Shown: positions 48,008 through 60,429 of the stretch, in pieces
How the letters are laid out: each line of letters begins with the position of its first letter
Position numbering within the stretch: position 1 is the first letter of the stretch
From: Callorhinchus milii
Taxonomy: Eukaryota
Assembly (NCBI RefSeq): GCF_018977255.1
Contig: NW_024704765.1
Coordinates: 7,378,001 to 7,442,000 of the forward strand
Direction of reading: 5' to 3'
DNA length: 64,000 bases
Made by a program: the position numbers and the translations under genes
Notes under the pieces: generated by a model
Told to the model about the DNA's origin: nothing
The model's database searches: none
What the model saw: the letters and a program-made list of their open reading frames with translations, nothing else

Positions 48008-48202
48008 GTGTAGCGTCACCAGCAATCTATTCTCCACGACAGGAGAGCCACACAAGGTCAGGATGAACCTCACAGTACTCCATATCCGCAGCAAGATGAA
48101 TATGATGGGGATGAGGGTGAGCTTAAGGTCTGCGCTTGAAGATCTGCTGTGGTAGCTGGAACTGCTGGATAAGATGGGGCGATACTCCGATAAAGCTTCG
48201 TG
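48008..48202 (-). CDS. GPR157: GPR157 coding exon 3
   Basis: HEALSEYRPILSSSSSYHSRSSSADLKLTLIPIIFILLRIWSTVRFILTLCGSPVVENRLLVTLH; AG/GTGAG boundaries. Confidence 0.94.
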
Positions 48203-48516
48203 CTGGATGAGAAAAAATATTCACACAATTATACAATCAAATGATTTTTTTCAGCACGTTAGCGGGCCATTCAGTCCGAGGTGTCTGTGCCTGAAAGATC
48301 TCTGTTTAGTTCCACCCCCCTTTCACCCTCCCTCGCATCTTATATTTTATTTTCCCAACTATTCAGATTGCTTTGAAAAGCCATTCTGCTTCCCACGGTC
48401 AAGAGAGATCTCGAATGGCACATGATGTCAACCATGTGGGAACTCTACTCTTCATTAAGTGTGTTCCCATGGGTTAGTTAGCACAACTACTTATAAGCAA
48501 GCCCAGCAAGCAAATT

Positions 48517-48838
48517 AATAATAATAATAATAATAATCCTTGCATTTGATATAGCGCTTTTCACGTCGGGAGGACGTCCCAAAGCGCTTCACAGAATATA
48601 CTGTAAAGTGAATTGACTGTATATTTGTGGGCGAACGCGGCAGCCAATTGCGCACAGCAATGTCCCACAAACAGTCGTAGATTGAAAATGACCAATTTAT
48701 TATTGTTTTGGGTTTTGGAGGGATTATTATTAGGCGTGTGGAGTAAGGAAACTTGCCCAAGGTTTCGCCCTTCCTGGAATTGAACTCAGGTCTCTCGCTT
48801 GCAAAGCGAGTGCTCTAACCACTGAGCTACAGGACTCC
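48517..48838 (-). mobile_element. Full-length Deu-domain SINE (short subfamily)
   Basis: Near-identical reverse complement of the 25541-25858 copy. Confidence 0.88.
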
Positions 48839-49138
48839 ACAGGTAACACCAATAATCCTTGCACTTGACATGCACAAACAGCCATGAAGTGAACGACTGA
48901 TGCATCTGGAGGATTGTTGGCCAGGACACCTGGATCAACACCCTTCTCTTTCAAGGCCTTTGAGACGTCTCGAAGACGTGATAAGACGCTATATCAAATG
49001 TAAGTATTATTATTATTAAATATCCACTTGAACAGACAGGAAACAGCTTGTCTCATGGAACGCTCCTGTGACACTGACTTGTATGAGCTCAACCTCGTCA
49101 ATCACAATAGGCCTTGATCACGAGAGATTTTCCCTTAC

Positions 49139-49352
49139 CGCTCGGTTGATGTGTTTCTTAATGCGGATGTATAGAATTGGCAGGGTGATGTAGGCAATGA
49201 ACTCCCAGATTTTGCCTGTCAGCAACATCCACAAGAAGTGGTCTTCTGCCAGGATACTGACCCAACACCAGCCCACGGACACATCGGATGCATCGTAACC
49301 TATCTTCCTCAGGCTGACGGCAGCAACAGTGATGACGAGAGGCACCGACCAA
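49139..49352 (-). CDS. GPR157: GPR157 coding exon 2
   Basis: (S)WSVPLVITVAAVSLRKIGYDASDVSVGWCWV...TGKIWEFIAYITLPILYIRIKKHINRA. Confidence 0.95.
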
Positions 49353-50580
49353 CTGCCAACACACAAAAAGGTTGACGTTCATCAGTTATTTGGGTTGACA
49401 AAATAGTTTTTCTAGCAAAGTGATGGCATTGCTGGTGTCTGGCTAATAGAACAAGTTTGGCGATTTGCCTTTCCTGCAGGGAATCCCACTGAGTCACACA
49501 AACTCGATTGACCCTGACTTCAAAGGGGATTCTCAGGATGGAGCTGAGGTTGGCACAGTGTGTGTGGGAAGAGGTTGTGAAATTTCCCTGCAGGCCCTGT
49601 CAACCCATCCCCCACCATATCACTGCCTTCAGAGAGAGAGGCAATGACGGAGCAGAAAAGTTTCATCTGAGCAATTCCAACTGTCCACAGCTATCTTTGA
49701 TTGATACGGCTCATTAAGCCTGCGCTGGTGTTTTTCTTCACACTAACCGAACCCACTCCCCCATATCCTTTAATATTTATTCAATTATTCATGTGTAGAA
49801 ACCCTTCACACTGGGAATCCAAACAAGACTGGAGTTTCGCACAAATGTCACCTATGCATGGAAGTTTCGAGTTGTCTGAAATGGAATGCGCACTCTCAAC
49901 AACAACAACAACTTGGATTTATATAGCGCCCTCCACGCCGGACGGCGTCTCAGAGCGCTTTACTCTCCTCAGAGGGAAACACCTTGCTTACATAAGACCA
50001 GCTAAAACCAAATAGCTTCCCATTGAGAGCACTGTCTGACGAGCTACTTTTTGCTTGTCCAACTTGGCCCACCCTCGCTGTTAGGGCTTTTGCTTACAGG
50101 ACCGACAGGAGCTGAGTGGGAAGAGTCATTAGTTCCAGTGACCTAACTAGTTGGCCTGTCATTAGCAAAGCCTTGGTGTCCTGCAGACCTGCCTTAGCTC
50201 AGGAACCGCGACTACTGAAGATTGATATTCCATAGCCAGGCATCCCCAGCCCCTAGGATAGTCACAAATTGGTCATCAGACACCTCGACAAGTGCAGGTT
50301 CGAATCCTGGCTAGGGTGAACGGCCTTCACACCCTTCCTGTGAACGCTTATACAGTTTCGCCCACAAAATGTACAGTCAATTCACTTTACACTGTATCCT
50401 GTGAAGCGCTTTGAGACATCTCGAAGACGTGATAAGGCGCTGTATCAAATGCGAGGATTATTATTGCGACGTGGGGTTAAATGAAAGTAAAAACGTAGCG
50501 ACACAAACGGCGGCAAGACGACTCGTACGTAACAACACTCGGGTCAAAAAGCAAGCGTCGCTTCTTAAAAGAAAGCTTAC

Positions 50581-50954
50581 CTAACGGCGTGGAACAACAC
50601 ACACAAGCTCCCGGCCAGGTGCTGGTCAGACCTCACAATGATGATGTACAAGTAAATGGCGATGGCCACAGTCCAGAAAAAGGAGCTGGTGTTGGCGAAG
50701 GTGGACAAGGCGCCTTGCAAGACGCAGTCCCAAGAGGAGCTGTCAAAGTCCCTCAACACCCCGTACAGATAGGACACCGCCGAGAGCAAGTCAGCCACCG
50801 AGAGATAAACGAGTAGCTGCCGAGGTTTGGTCCTTAAATCAGGCCACAGACCGTGAGTGGCGATGATCAGGGTCGAGCCCAGGAACGAGCAGCAGCAAGA
50901 AATGGATATGATCACCTTCTCGTACAAGTAGACCTCGGTCTCTGGGACTGGCAT
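50581..50954 (-). CDS. GPR157: GPR157 first coding exon
   Basis: MPVPETEVYLYEK...RQLLVYLSVADLLSA...WDCVLQGALSTFANTSSFFWTVAIAIYLY...FHAV(S); total CDS 981 nt (326 aa). Confidence 0.95.
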
Positions 50955-51084
50955 GACGATTGCAATCTTCTTTCACCCCCCCTCCCCTCCCCACCCCACC
51001 CCCCCGCCTTAAAGTAAAATGATGAGAGAAAAAAAATAACACACAATTCTCAAGAGCACATTTAACTAAGTAGATTCTCCAAAT

Positions 51085-51290
51085 CTAACTCTCTTAACTC
51101 TCTCTCTCTGTTCTTAACTCACTCTCTCTGTCTCTTCTCTTAACTCTCTCTCTCTCCTCTATGTTCTCTTAATTCTGTCTCTTCTCTTAACTCTCTCTCT
51201 CTCCTTCTCTATGTTCTCTTAACTCTGTCTCTTCTCTTAACTCTCTCTCTCTCTCCTTCTCTATGTTCTCTTAACTCTGTCTCTGTCTCT
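51085..51290 (+). repeat. Pyrimidine-rich ~50-bp tandem repeat (CTCTCTCTCCTTCTCTATGTTCTCTTAACTCTGTCTCTTCTCTTAA), 3-4 copies
   Basis: Directly visible. Confidence 0.85.
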
Positions 51291-51731
51291 TAAAAAAAAA
51301 GACTGCGACTCAGGCACTTTGATTTAAAATGGGGAACCGAGACACAAAGTTCGAAACGCAGAAACAAATTTGAAAGTAGGAGGAAAGGGAAGGGAGTTGG
51401 GGGGGAGGGGAGGAGGGGGGGGGGGGGGGGGGAGAGGGGAGGGGTTGGAAACAACAACAACAAAATTACATTTGCAGAGCGCCTTTCAGGTCGGGAGGAA
51501 ACATTCACCCTCCAAATTCCTTAGAAGATCAACAACGCTTTGGGGGGGGGGGGGGGGGGGGGGGAGGGGGGGTGTGGAAATAAATTACAAAACGCAGCAA
51601 GTTTCTGGCTAAGTCTCTGGGGTTTAAAAAACTTTTTTTAATTTAAAAAAATAGAGAAAACTTAAAACAAACCCACCAGCTGTCCTGACCACAAAAACAG
51701 AAGGTAGTCTCCTCTCGCTCTCTCTCTGTAA

Positions 51732-51862
51732 NNNNNNNNNNNNNNNNNNNNNNNNNNNNNNNNNNNNNNNNNNNNNNNNNNNNNNNNNNNNNNNNNNNNN
51801 NNNNNNNNNNNNNNNNNNNNNNNNNNNNNNNNNNNNNNNNNNNNNNNNNNNNNNNNNNNNNN
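51732..51862. other. Assembly gap (N run) next to GAGT/GT microsatellites
   Basis: Run of N. Confidence 1.
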
Positions 51863-52159
51863 TGAGTGTGTTTGTGAGAGTGAATGAGTGTGTGTGAGTG
51901 AGAGTGTGTGAGAGAGTCAGTGAGTGTGTGAGAGTGAGTGTGTTTGTGAGAGTGAGTGTGAGTGTGTGTTTGTGTTGACCCTAAAGTTCTGAAGAAACCC
52001 TCCAAACTTTGCTCAATGACTTACTTGTTCAGAGACCAAATAGGGGCGCAGTTCGAGACGCCACAATCTTATATTCTTCTTCTTATTATTACTTATTGCA
52101 CATAGAAGTCGGGGAATTCTTGTCAAAGCGCTGTCGTGCAAATTATCGGAGGGGAGGGA

Positions 52160-52190
<31 letters not shown>

Positions 52191-52489
52191 GAAGGAAAGA
52201 AAGAGAAAGAGGGAGGAGGTGGAGGGGGGAAAAGGGGGAACGTAAGACTCGATACATCGTTGCACTGACACCGCGAATGTAACCAATTCTTTGGGGGAAA
52301 CGAAACCCTTCTCTGGTCGTAATGGGGAGTGTTACAAAGTCGCACCTCTCCCCCTCTCTGTCTCTCCCCCCCCCTTCCCCCCCACCCCCTAAAAGGAAAC
52401 ATGTATCCCCCGGGTTCCCCCCCTCCCTCCCCCCACCCCCCCCCCCAGGGCAAAATCTCAGCTCCTTTCTTCGTCGCTGCGACGCGACT

Positions 52490-52712
52490 CCTCTCCCTCC
52501 CTTCGCCCCCTTTTCTCTTTTCTCCCCTCTTTTCCCCTCCCTCCCCCTCTTTTCCTCTCTCCTCTCTTTCTCTCCCCCCTTCCCTCCCTCTTCTCTTCTC
52601 TCTTTTCCTCTCCTTTCTTTCTCTCCCCTCTTTCCCCCTCTTTTTCTTTTCTTTTCCCCCTTCCCCCTTCTTTTTCTTTTCCTCTCTCCTCTCTTTCTCC
52701 CCCCTCTTTTCC
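52490..52712 (+). repeat. Polypyrimidine (C/T) low-complexity tract
   Basis: About 220 nt made almost entirely of C and T; source of spurious K/R/E/G-rich ORFs. Confidence 0.9.
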
Positions 52713-53036
52713 GGGATGGCTGGTTGGCTCTTTTTGGCACAATCCCGGTACCGGACCCGGAACAATAAAGAACAAAAAAAAGTTCTTTCTTTGTTCATTT
52801 TTTTTAAAAAAATGTTAAAATGTACAGAAATTTGTATTTTCCATCCTTACCGCTGAAAAAATCTTTACTGGTCGGCATCTCCCTCTCTTATCTCTCTCTC
52901 TATAATAAATAACTAATAATAATTTGGTCACTCAATCCACGACTGTCTGTGGGACGCTGCTGTGCGCAATTGGCTGCCTTTGTTTTCGCCCCCAAAATAC
53001 AGTCAAGTCAATCCATTCGAGACGTCTCGAAGATAT

Positions 53037-53272
53037 TAATAATAATAATAATCCTTGCATTTGATATACCGCTTTTCACGTCTTCGAGACGTCCCAAAGC
53101 GCTTCACAGAACACACTGTAAAGTGAATTGACTGTATATTCGTGGGCGAACGCGGCAGCCAATTGCGCACAGCAATGTCCCACAAACAGTCATAGATTGA
53201 AAATGACCAATTTATTATTGTTTTTTTTGGTTTTGGAGGGATTATTATTAGGCTCTGTGTGGAGTAAGGAAA
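53037..53272 (-). mobile_element. 5'-truncated Deu-domain SINE (short subfamily)
   Basis: Tail and core match the 53529-53854 copy; head absent. Confidence 0.83.
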
Positions 53273-53528
53273 TGGGAGGATTATTGTTGTTATTATTTTA
53301 TTTATTACTGCTACTGTTCCGAAGTTTGAGTTCCGGAACCGGTGTTTCTGCCACAACATGGGAAACAACAACTTGCATTTTATTTCACGCCCCTTTACGG
53401 TGGGGTAGAGTCTTCAAGGGCTTGAAGTCGCTTATGCTGACGGGATTTAAAGCTGGACGGTTGTGGCGCTGACCGAAATGCAACAAATCAACAAATCCAG
53501 AGAGACATCACCCTCACATTCCAGGCTT

Positions 53529-53854
53529 TAATAATAATAATAATCCTTGCATTTGATATAGCGCTTTTCACGTCGGGAGAACGTCCCAAAGCGCTTCACA
53601 GAACACTGTAAAGTGAATTGACTGTATATTTGTGGGCGAACGCGGCAGCCAATTGCGCACAGCAATGTCCCACAAACAGTCGTAGATTGAAAATGACCAA
53701 TTTATTATTGTTTTTTTTTGTTTTTTTGGAGGGATTATTATTAGGCTCTGTGTGGAGTACGGAAACTTGCCCGAGGTTTCGCCCTCTGCCTGGAATTGAA
53801 CTCAGGTCTCTCACTTGCAAAGTGAGTGCTCTAACCACTGAGCTACAGGACTCC
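53529..53854 (-). mobile_element. Full-length Deu-domain SINE (short subfamily)
   Basis: Head, core and tail on the minus strand. Confidence 0.88.
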
Positions 53855-56189
53855 AGAAAATACATGGAAAAATGCGATATTTCATAACCCACTTCAACAA
53901 CAAACTGATTCTTGCACGAGTCCAGTGCTCTCGCCTCTACTACTCTTCCTCTTCATTAATTATCCTCTGTGCAGGTGTGGGTGAATGAGAGAGAGAGAGA
54001 GAGAGAGAGTGAGGTGGCCGGGGAATAGTGACGCCAAATCACTAAATTTGTTATAAAACACCACATTGTTGAAGGAAGCGTACAGGACCTTGCTGCATTA
54101 TTCGCCCACAAAACAGTCAACTCACTTTACAGTGTATTCTGTGAGGTGCTTTGAGACGTCCAGGAGACGTGATAAGGCGCTACATCAAATGCGAGGATTG
54201 TTATTATTATATTGTTCATTCGGAGCAGAAGGAAACTGCCCGAATACTTTCCCAATCAGACTATCAGGAATATGACTGACCTGCAGAGGGTGATATGGAA
54301 CTGCTGATTCCCATATAATTCCAGCTCAGACGGTGAGAGAGAGAGACTGCACAGCCAAGATTTCCCCTATTGGGGGCACTACTTATCATTAATGAGCAGG
54401 TCATGCGAGGTGCAAAGAGGACCTTTGGCCCATTTGATCTCAACCTTCCGGGACACCTACCCTACCCACCTCCTAGCTCTGGGACGCTACTCTGCGTGAG
54501 AGGCGCTACATGAATGCAATTTGTTGTTGTTATCGCACAATCAAGTTGAGCTTCCTGACCTCAAACACTCTTTCTGGTAACCCAATTGCAGTTCTTTCTG
54601 GATGTTGTGTTTGTCCTGAAATTGCCCGTTCGCCACCCTTAAACCGACCGGTGCCCTCATCCCACCCGCTGCCGGGGAGTATATGAGTAATGTTTTTTTC
54701 AGTTTCCTTTCTCCATCCCATTTAGTTTGTTGCAGAAACATAGAAACAGGAGGAGGCCATTCAGCCCCTCGAGCCTGTTCTGCCATTCTACAAGATTGTG
54801 GCTGATCTGTACCTCAACTCCAATTACCCGCTCTTACCCCATATCCTTTGTACACCGGTATAAGGCCCTCCTGACATGAAAGGCGCAATACAAATGTAAT
54901 TTGTTGTCTCTTATCGAGACTGAAAAGCCTGGGTTTACTCGGTCGCTTAGAAGAATGGGATGTCTTGCTTTTTTTTGCACATTTGCCCTTTTTTCTTACC
55001 TCTTTAAATGGTGGTAGTGACTCCGAATGTCTCTCTATCTGCTGCAGGAGGTTGTAGATACAGAATCGGTTGTGATATTTCAAAACGGAGGACTAATAAG
55101 ATACCTGGGAAGCAAGAGTGTTAAGGAGGGAGGTGAAAAGATAGGGAAATGGGATTGAAAGATCTCTGCCATGATATAATAAAATGGTGGAACTGAATGG
55201 CCTCCTATTCCTACGTTCTCGTTGGGTGTGTGTGTGTGTGTGGGTATTAGGATAGGAAGGTCTCTCGATGCTAATTATAGCTATGTTTGGCAGCTCCAGT
55301 GTTTAGTGATTTATATGCCGTAAGGCTGAGTGTAATTGCTTTGCTGCAGAAGCGACCCGAGGTGTGCGGCTGCTCTGTACTGTTTGTCATATAAATCGTT
55401 TTATTTGCACGCCTGTATGTATTTTTCTTTCTGCAGCCCAAGCCTATTATATCCCCTTCCCCTGCCTCAAACGGCATTTCTTTTGGTCAGCGCTTATTTA
55501 GCCATTAATTAGCAACTCCTCTGGTTTAAACCGCATTGAAAGAACCGTTTGCTCGCCCTGTGTGTGTGTGTGTGTGTGGAGTGATGGTGGGAGAATTCCC
55601 ATTAAGATTCTTTCACAGTCCCTATAAATGGTCATCACTTGCTTGCGATCTCCTTTGCCCGTATGCCATGACACATCTCGCATAAACGAGGCAGGTGGCA
55701 TTCCAAATGATATTCCCATAGTTTTAACGGAGGTCAATTTAATGACAGTCTCGATATTCAGCAGATCATCTGTGCCAGGAAATGCTGTAGAATTCCACCC
55801 CCCACCCCCCCCCACCACACACACACACACACACACACACACAAAGAGCAACAACATTCTTAACAGTAATGTTCGCGATACCAGCGTGAACAACAAGTTA
55901 CATTCGCATAGTGCTTTTCAGGTCGGAAAGACGTCCCATGTGGATTGTAGTGATAAGACTGCCCGTTAGCCGGTCTTTGTTAATGAATAAGCACTCAACA
56001 GCACCCGGCGTGAAGGGCCTTGTATAAATGCAAGTTGTAGCCAGTATTCTGCTAACCAGTAATGGACAACTGTTGTGTGAGCCAGAAGTTCAGTTACTTA
56101 GCGCTTCAGCTTCACGGATGTTGTCATTGAGAACATTGTGGATAAGAGGGGTCCATGTACGTCTGATGCAAAATATATCAGATGTACCT

Positions 56190-57002
56190 CACTGTGTTAC
56201 AACATGTAGAAAAGTGTGAGGTGGTACATTTTGGAAGAAGGAATAAGGAAGTCACATACATCCCAGAAAATAAAAACCCAAGTGGGGTAGAGGAGCAAAC
56301 GGACCTAGGGGTACACATACACAAATCACCAACAGTAGCAACCCAGGTTAAAAAGACCATTAAAAAAAAACTAGGCATTGGGATTAATGTATAGAGGAAT
56401 AGAAATGAAAAGCAGGGAAGTTATGGTAATCTTCTATGGAAACTTGATCAGAACACTTAGAATACTATGAGCAGTTCTGGTCCCCATATTATAGAAGGGA
56501 TGTAGAGGCACTGGAGAGGGTGCAAAGGAGATTCACAAGGATGGTCCCAGAACTGAGAGGTTATACCTATTAGGAAATGCTGAATATGCTTGGACTCTTC
56601 TCGAGGGGGGTAAGGGGTGACCTGATAGAGGTCTTTAAAAAGATGAAAGGTTTTGATAGGGTCGACATAGGGAAGGTGTTTCCACTTGTGGGGGAGACCG
56701 AAACCAGGGGCCATCAATACAAAATAGTCACAAATAGAGCAAATAGGGAAGTTAGAAGAAATTTCTTCACGCAGAGAGTAGTGGGAATGTGGAACTTGCT
56801 ACCACAAGGAGTTCTTGTGGCAAATGGCATAGATGTATTTAAGGGGAAGCTAGATAGGTACATGAGGGAGAAAGGAATAGAAGGTTACGCTTGAAGGCTT
56901 AGTTGACGAAGGGCAGGAGGCTCATGTGGAGCATAAACACCGGCATAGACCAGTTGGGCCGAACGGCCTATTTCTGTGCTGTATATTCTAATGTATTCTA
57001 AC
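56190..57002 (+). mobile_element. CR1-type LINE, 3' fragment (decayed ORF2 C-terminus and 3' UTR)
   Basis: KCEVVHFGRRN, DLGVHI, RGDLIEVFK, TRGHQYKI, RRNFFTQRVVGMWNLLP and FKGKLDRYM are CR1 ORF2 C-terminal motifs; frameshifts and stops present; GGGCCGAACGGCCT 3' UTR motif and TTCTA-type tail. Confidence 0.92.
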
Positions 57003-57674
57003 ATAACATAGAGGGTGGGGAAAGGTAATTGTGATTCTTGAATCAAGTGTGGACTCCTTCCTGTAATGTCACTCTTGGGTGGAGGGAACTGGCTCTGAGA
57101 ATAAGTTGAGTTGGAGCCACGCTGGTTAAGGGATCCGCATGAAAAAAAAGACTGCGCAGAATCAAACGCGCAAATTTCCATATTGTGGTAAGATCTGGCG
57201 GTTTGAATGCGAACAATACTGTTTTTTCATGCAACATTTTTTCCATTTGAAGCAGGGAACAACAGGGCACTGTGCTGTGTTAACCTACGCAGACTCTGCA
57301 GGAATGTGAACTTCTTTCAGACACTGGCTGGCTCTGGCTCCACAAGCATCATCATCTGTCCTCTGGCCGGACCGAGCCCATTCTCCAGGAGTGGGCTGTG
57401 ACAGTTAGTGTTGGAGGGCGGCACGACTGTGAGGGATCGTCACAGCCGAGCTCCGACGCGTCCTCACCTAACATCAACCAGCTGCCCTTTTCGCCTCCGT
57501 TGCCTCACTTCATTTCCAATTAATACATCTGACTAATACACCTCAAAACGTCTTTTTGACGGTCAACTTTCACTGCCCCACCCCTCCCCGGCTCCCAGCT
57601 CCAGCTCAGGGGCACACCTAGCACCTAGACATCCTCCCAGTATGACACATGCTTCATAAATGTAAATTGTATAA

Positions 57675-57989
57675 AAATAATAATAATCCTTGCATTTGAT
57701 ATAGCGCTTTTCACGTCGGGAGGACGTCCCAAAGCGCTTCACAGAACACACTGTAAAGTGAATTGACTGTATATTTGTGGGTGAACGCGGCAGCCAATTG
57801 TGCACAGCAATGTCCCACAAACAGTCGTAGATTGAAAATGACCAATTTATTATAGTTTTTGGTTTTGGAGGATTATTAGGCTCTGTGTGGAGTAAGGAAA
57901 CTTGCCCAAGGTTTCGCTCTCTGCCTGGAATTGAACTCAGGTCTCTCACTTGCAAAGCGAGTGCTCTAACCACTGAGCTATAGAACTCC
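57675..57989 (-). mobile_element. Full-length Deu-domain SINE (short subfamily)
   Basis: Head, core and tail on the minus strand. Confidence 0.88.
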
Positions 57990-60321
57990 ACATGTGTAAA
58001 GTAATAACAATCCTTATATTTTATATAGCGCCTTTTACATCGGGAGCGTGTCTCAAAGTGCTTCACAGGCGGGCGAACACGGCAGCCAATTTGCATATAA
58101 CAAAGTCCCACAAACAGCCATGAAATTAATGACCAATGTCATCTGACCCTGTTGGCCAAGATGCTGGGAGAATAATGCCACGGGATCCTCAACATCTGAA
58201 TAGGAAGACGACCTTTGTTTAACTGGATGGCGCCTGACAAAGCAGGGCTCTCCACCCCTCCCACCAAAGCACGAGGTCTGTGGTGCTTAAACCCACAACT
58301 TTCTGGCTTGGAGGCAATAGGATGACCACTGAGCCAGGCTGTCACCAGCGCTGTCTTTAGCCGTGCTAAAGACACCCAGATTTCTCTGGTTTGCACAGTG
58401 CTTTGCCGTGAACAATTTTTTTTGTATGAAATGGTTGCACATCTATCTAAATGCAGATGATCAGAGGTCGGAAGTGAAGTTGACTGCTCTGAAAGACGCT
58501 GTCCTAGGGAACTCCATCCCCGAGTTCCCTCAAGCTTACCCCCTCCCTCCGCACTTTTAAAGCCCACCTTTTGAATAACGTCCAGTCTCCCAACCCGGCT
58601 CAGATGCCCAACAAGCAGTGCGAGGCACTTTGACACATCCTACCGACGTGAAAGACGCTCATATAAATACAAATTGCATTGCGTTCACAGACTGCAGGTG
58701 GGAATCTTCCGTCAAACACAGCTGGGCGAACAAACTAATAACAAGAAATGTGGCTGCGTACTGAAAACAGGAACTTGGAGAAGACGGAAAAACATTCTCA
58801 GTCAGATTCTCAGACCTAACCTTTCAGCGTGAACTTAAATCGTATAAAATGAATCTGCAGGGAATAAGTAAACACCATCATTGTTGGCGCATTTTTTTGT
58901 TGGTGAGGTCCGAGCAATAAAATCCTAGCAATTACAGCACACTAGGAATAAGTCTGCGGATGCACCCACATTTCCATTTCCCCCCACCCTCCTCGTCACA
59001 GCATCAAGCTGTTTTTTAAATGAGTCCCAGTGTCATGGCCTCAACCTAAAATTTCCTACACCGCTTGTAAGGTCGCTAGGTGATGAGCTCAAATCCTGAG
59101 ATGGAATCCACAAAGTTATGACCTGTTTTTTAGGGGAAGGAGGGAGGGAGGGAGGGAATGGGAGAGAAGCTTTTGCCCAAAGATAAATAATAATAATTTT
59201 AATAATCACTGTATTTGATACAGCACCTTAACACGTCTTCGAGACATCTCAAAGCGCTTCACAGAATATGCCTTATAAAAGTGAATTGACTGCATATTTT
59301 GTGGGCAAAATAATGGACTGACAGTGAAAATTCCCCAGCATTGGCGTTCTGAAGCTTACAAATTCCTTTCGTCTAGAAAAATAACAACTCCATTTACCCC
59401 TTCAGCTAGTCTGAGATGCTGTAACAAGGGCAGGATGCAAGCGGATACCTCATGCATTAATCCTCCCCTCCCTCTTTAAGGAGGCTCCACCAAACAACTC
59501 CCCTTGTAATCGTTACAACTACATAACGCAGTCTTCATTTCAATGTGATTCAGTGCGACAAAAATCATCCAGCCCAGGGCGGAGGCAGCTCCCAGACAGA
59601 CCCCACCGTCAAAGGAACGACTCCGAGAGGGATTGGGATCATGTCAGTGAGAAGTGGGACTTACCTCCATGCCAACCCCTCTTACCTTGTCATTCTTGAG
59701 TCAGACCCCGAATCCTGGAGCCAAAGAGGAGTCACAGGTTTTAAAGCCTTCCAGAGACACTGATGTCCTGTTAATGCACGAACAAGGATAACTTGCGCTT
59801 ATATATATATATATATAATATATATATATGGCGCTCATCACACAGGAATAGAGTCCCCACTAACTGATCATTTATTGGATTGGATTAACATGCAGCGCAG
59901 GGGCCTTCTGTAAACCCAAAGTGCAGTCCAGCCAATTTCTGGTGCTGACCAGGTGCAGCAAACTGACCGCCCTCCACCTCCCGAGTCATCGAGTTACTGC
60001 TGCTGTCATCCCAGAAATCGGACGTGTTTTTTTTATTGTGGGTGTCGGCAACAACGGCAGATATTTTAATGATAACCTTTAGACTTGATGCAGCGCCAAT
60101 AAAGTTGAAACATCTCAAAGCGCTTCACAAGTGATCGCTGTCAAGTGTCGGGAATAGCGTCACAAGGGAACTTTAACGTCTACCTAAACGGGGAGAAGGG
60201 ACCTAAATTTAACAACTCTTCCGAAGGCCAGCACCTTCGACAAAGCAGCGCCCCTTTGAGTGTCAGTCCGGACGGTTGACCGCAAATGGTGCTGAACGTG
60301 TGGACTGGATGGAGAAGGCAA

Positions 60322-60429
60322 GGCCTGTTGAGGTGCAGCATTTCTGCGGCAGTATACTTGCTGATTGCTTTTTCTGACTGCACACAACAACCAGCTAAGA
60401 CACTGCCAGAGAAACACACACAGGTGGCC
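60322..60429 (-). ncRNA. MIR34A: pre-miR-34a hairpin; mature miR-34a-5p at 60387-60408, 3p arm at about 60345-60367
   Basis: Minus strand contains exactly TGGCAGTGTCTTAGCTGGTTGT and the star arm CAATCAGCAAGTATACTGCCGCA in a fold-back; syntenic position upstream of GPR157. Confidence 0.98.

Noticed and set aside
52013-52856. Long K/R/E/G-rich and P/F/S/L-rich ORFs
   Set aside because: Artefacts of polypurine/polypyrimidine low-complexity DNA
53036-53892. Recurring peptides such as [17 protein letters not shown] in many ORFs
   Set aside because: Translations of the repeated SINE core, not a protein family
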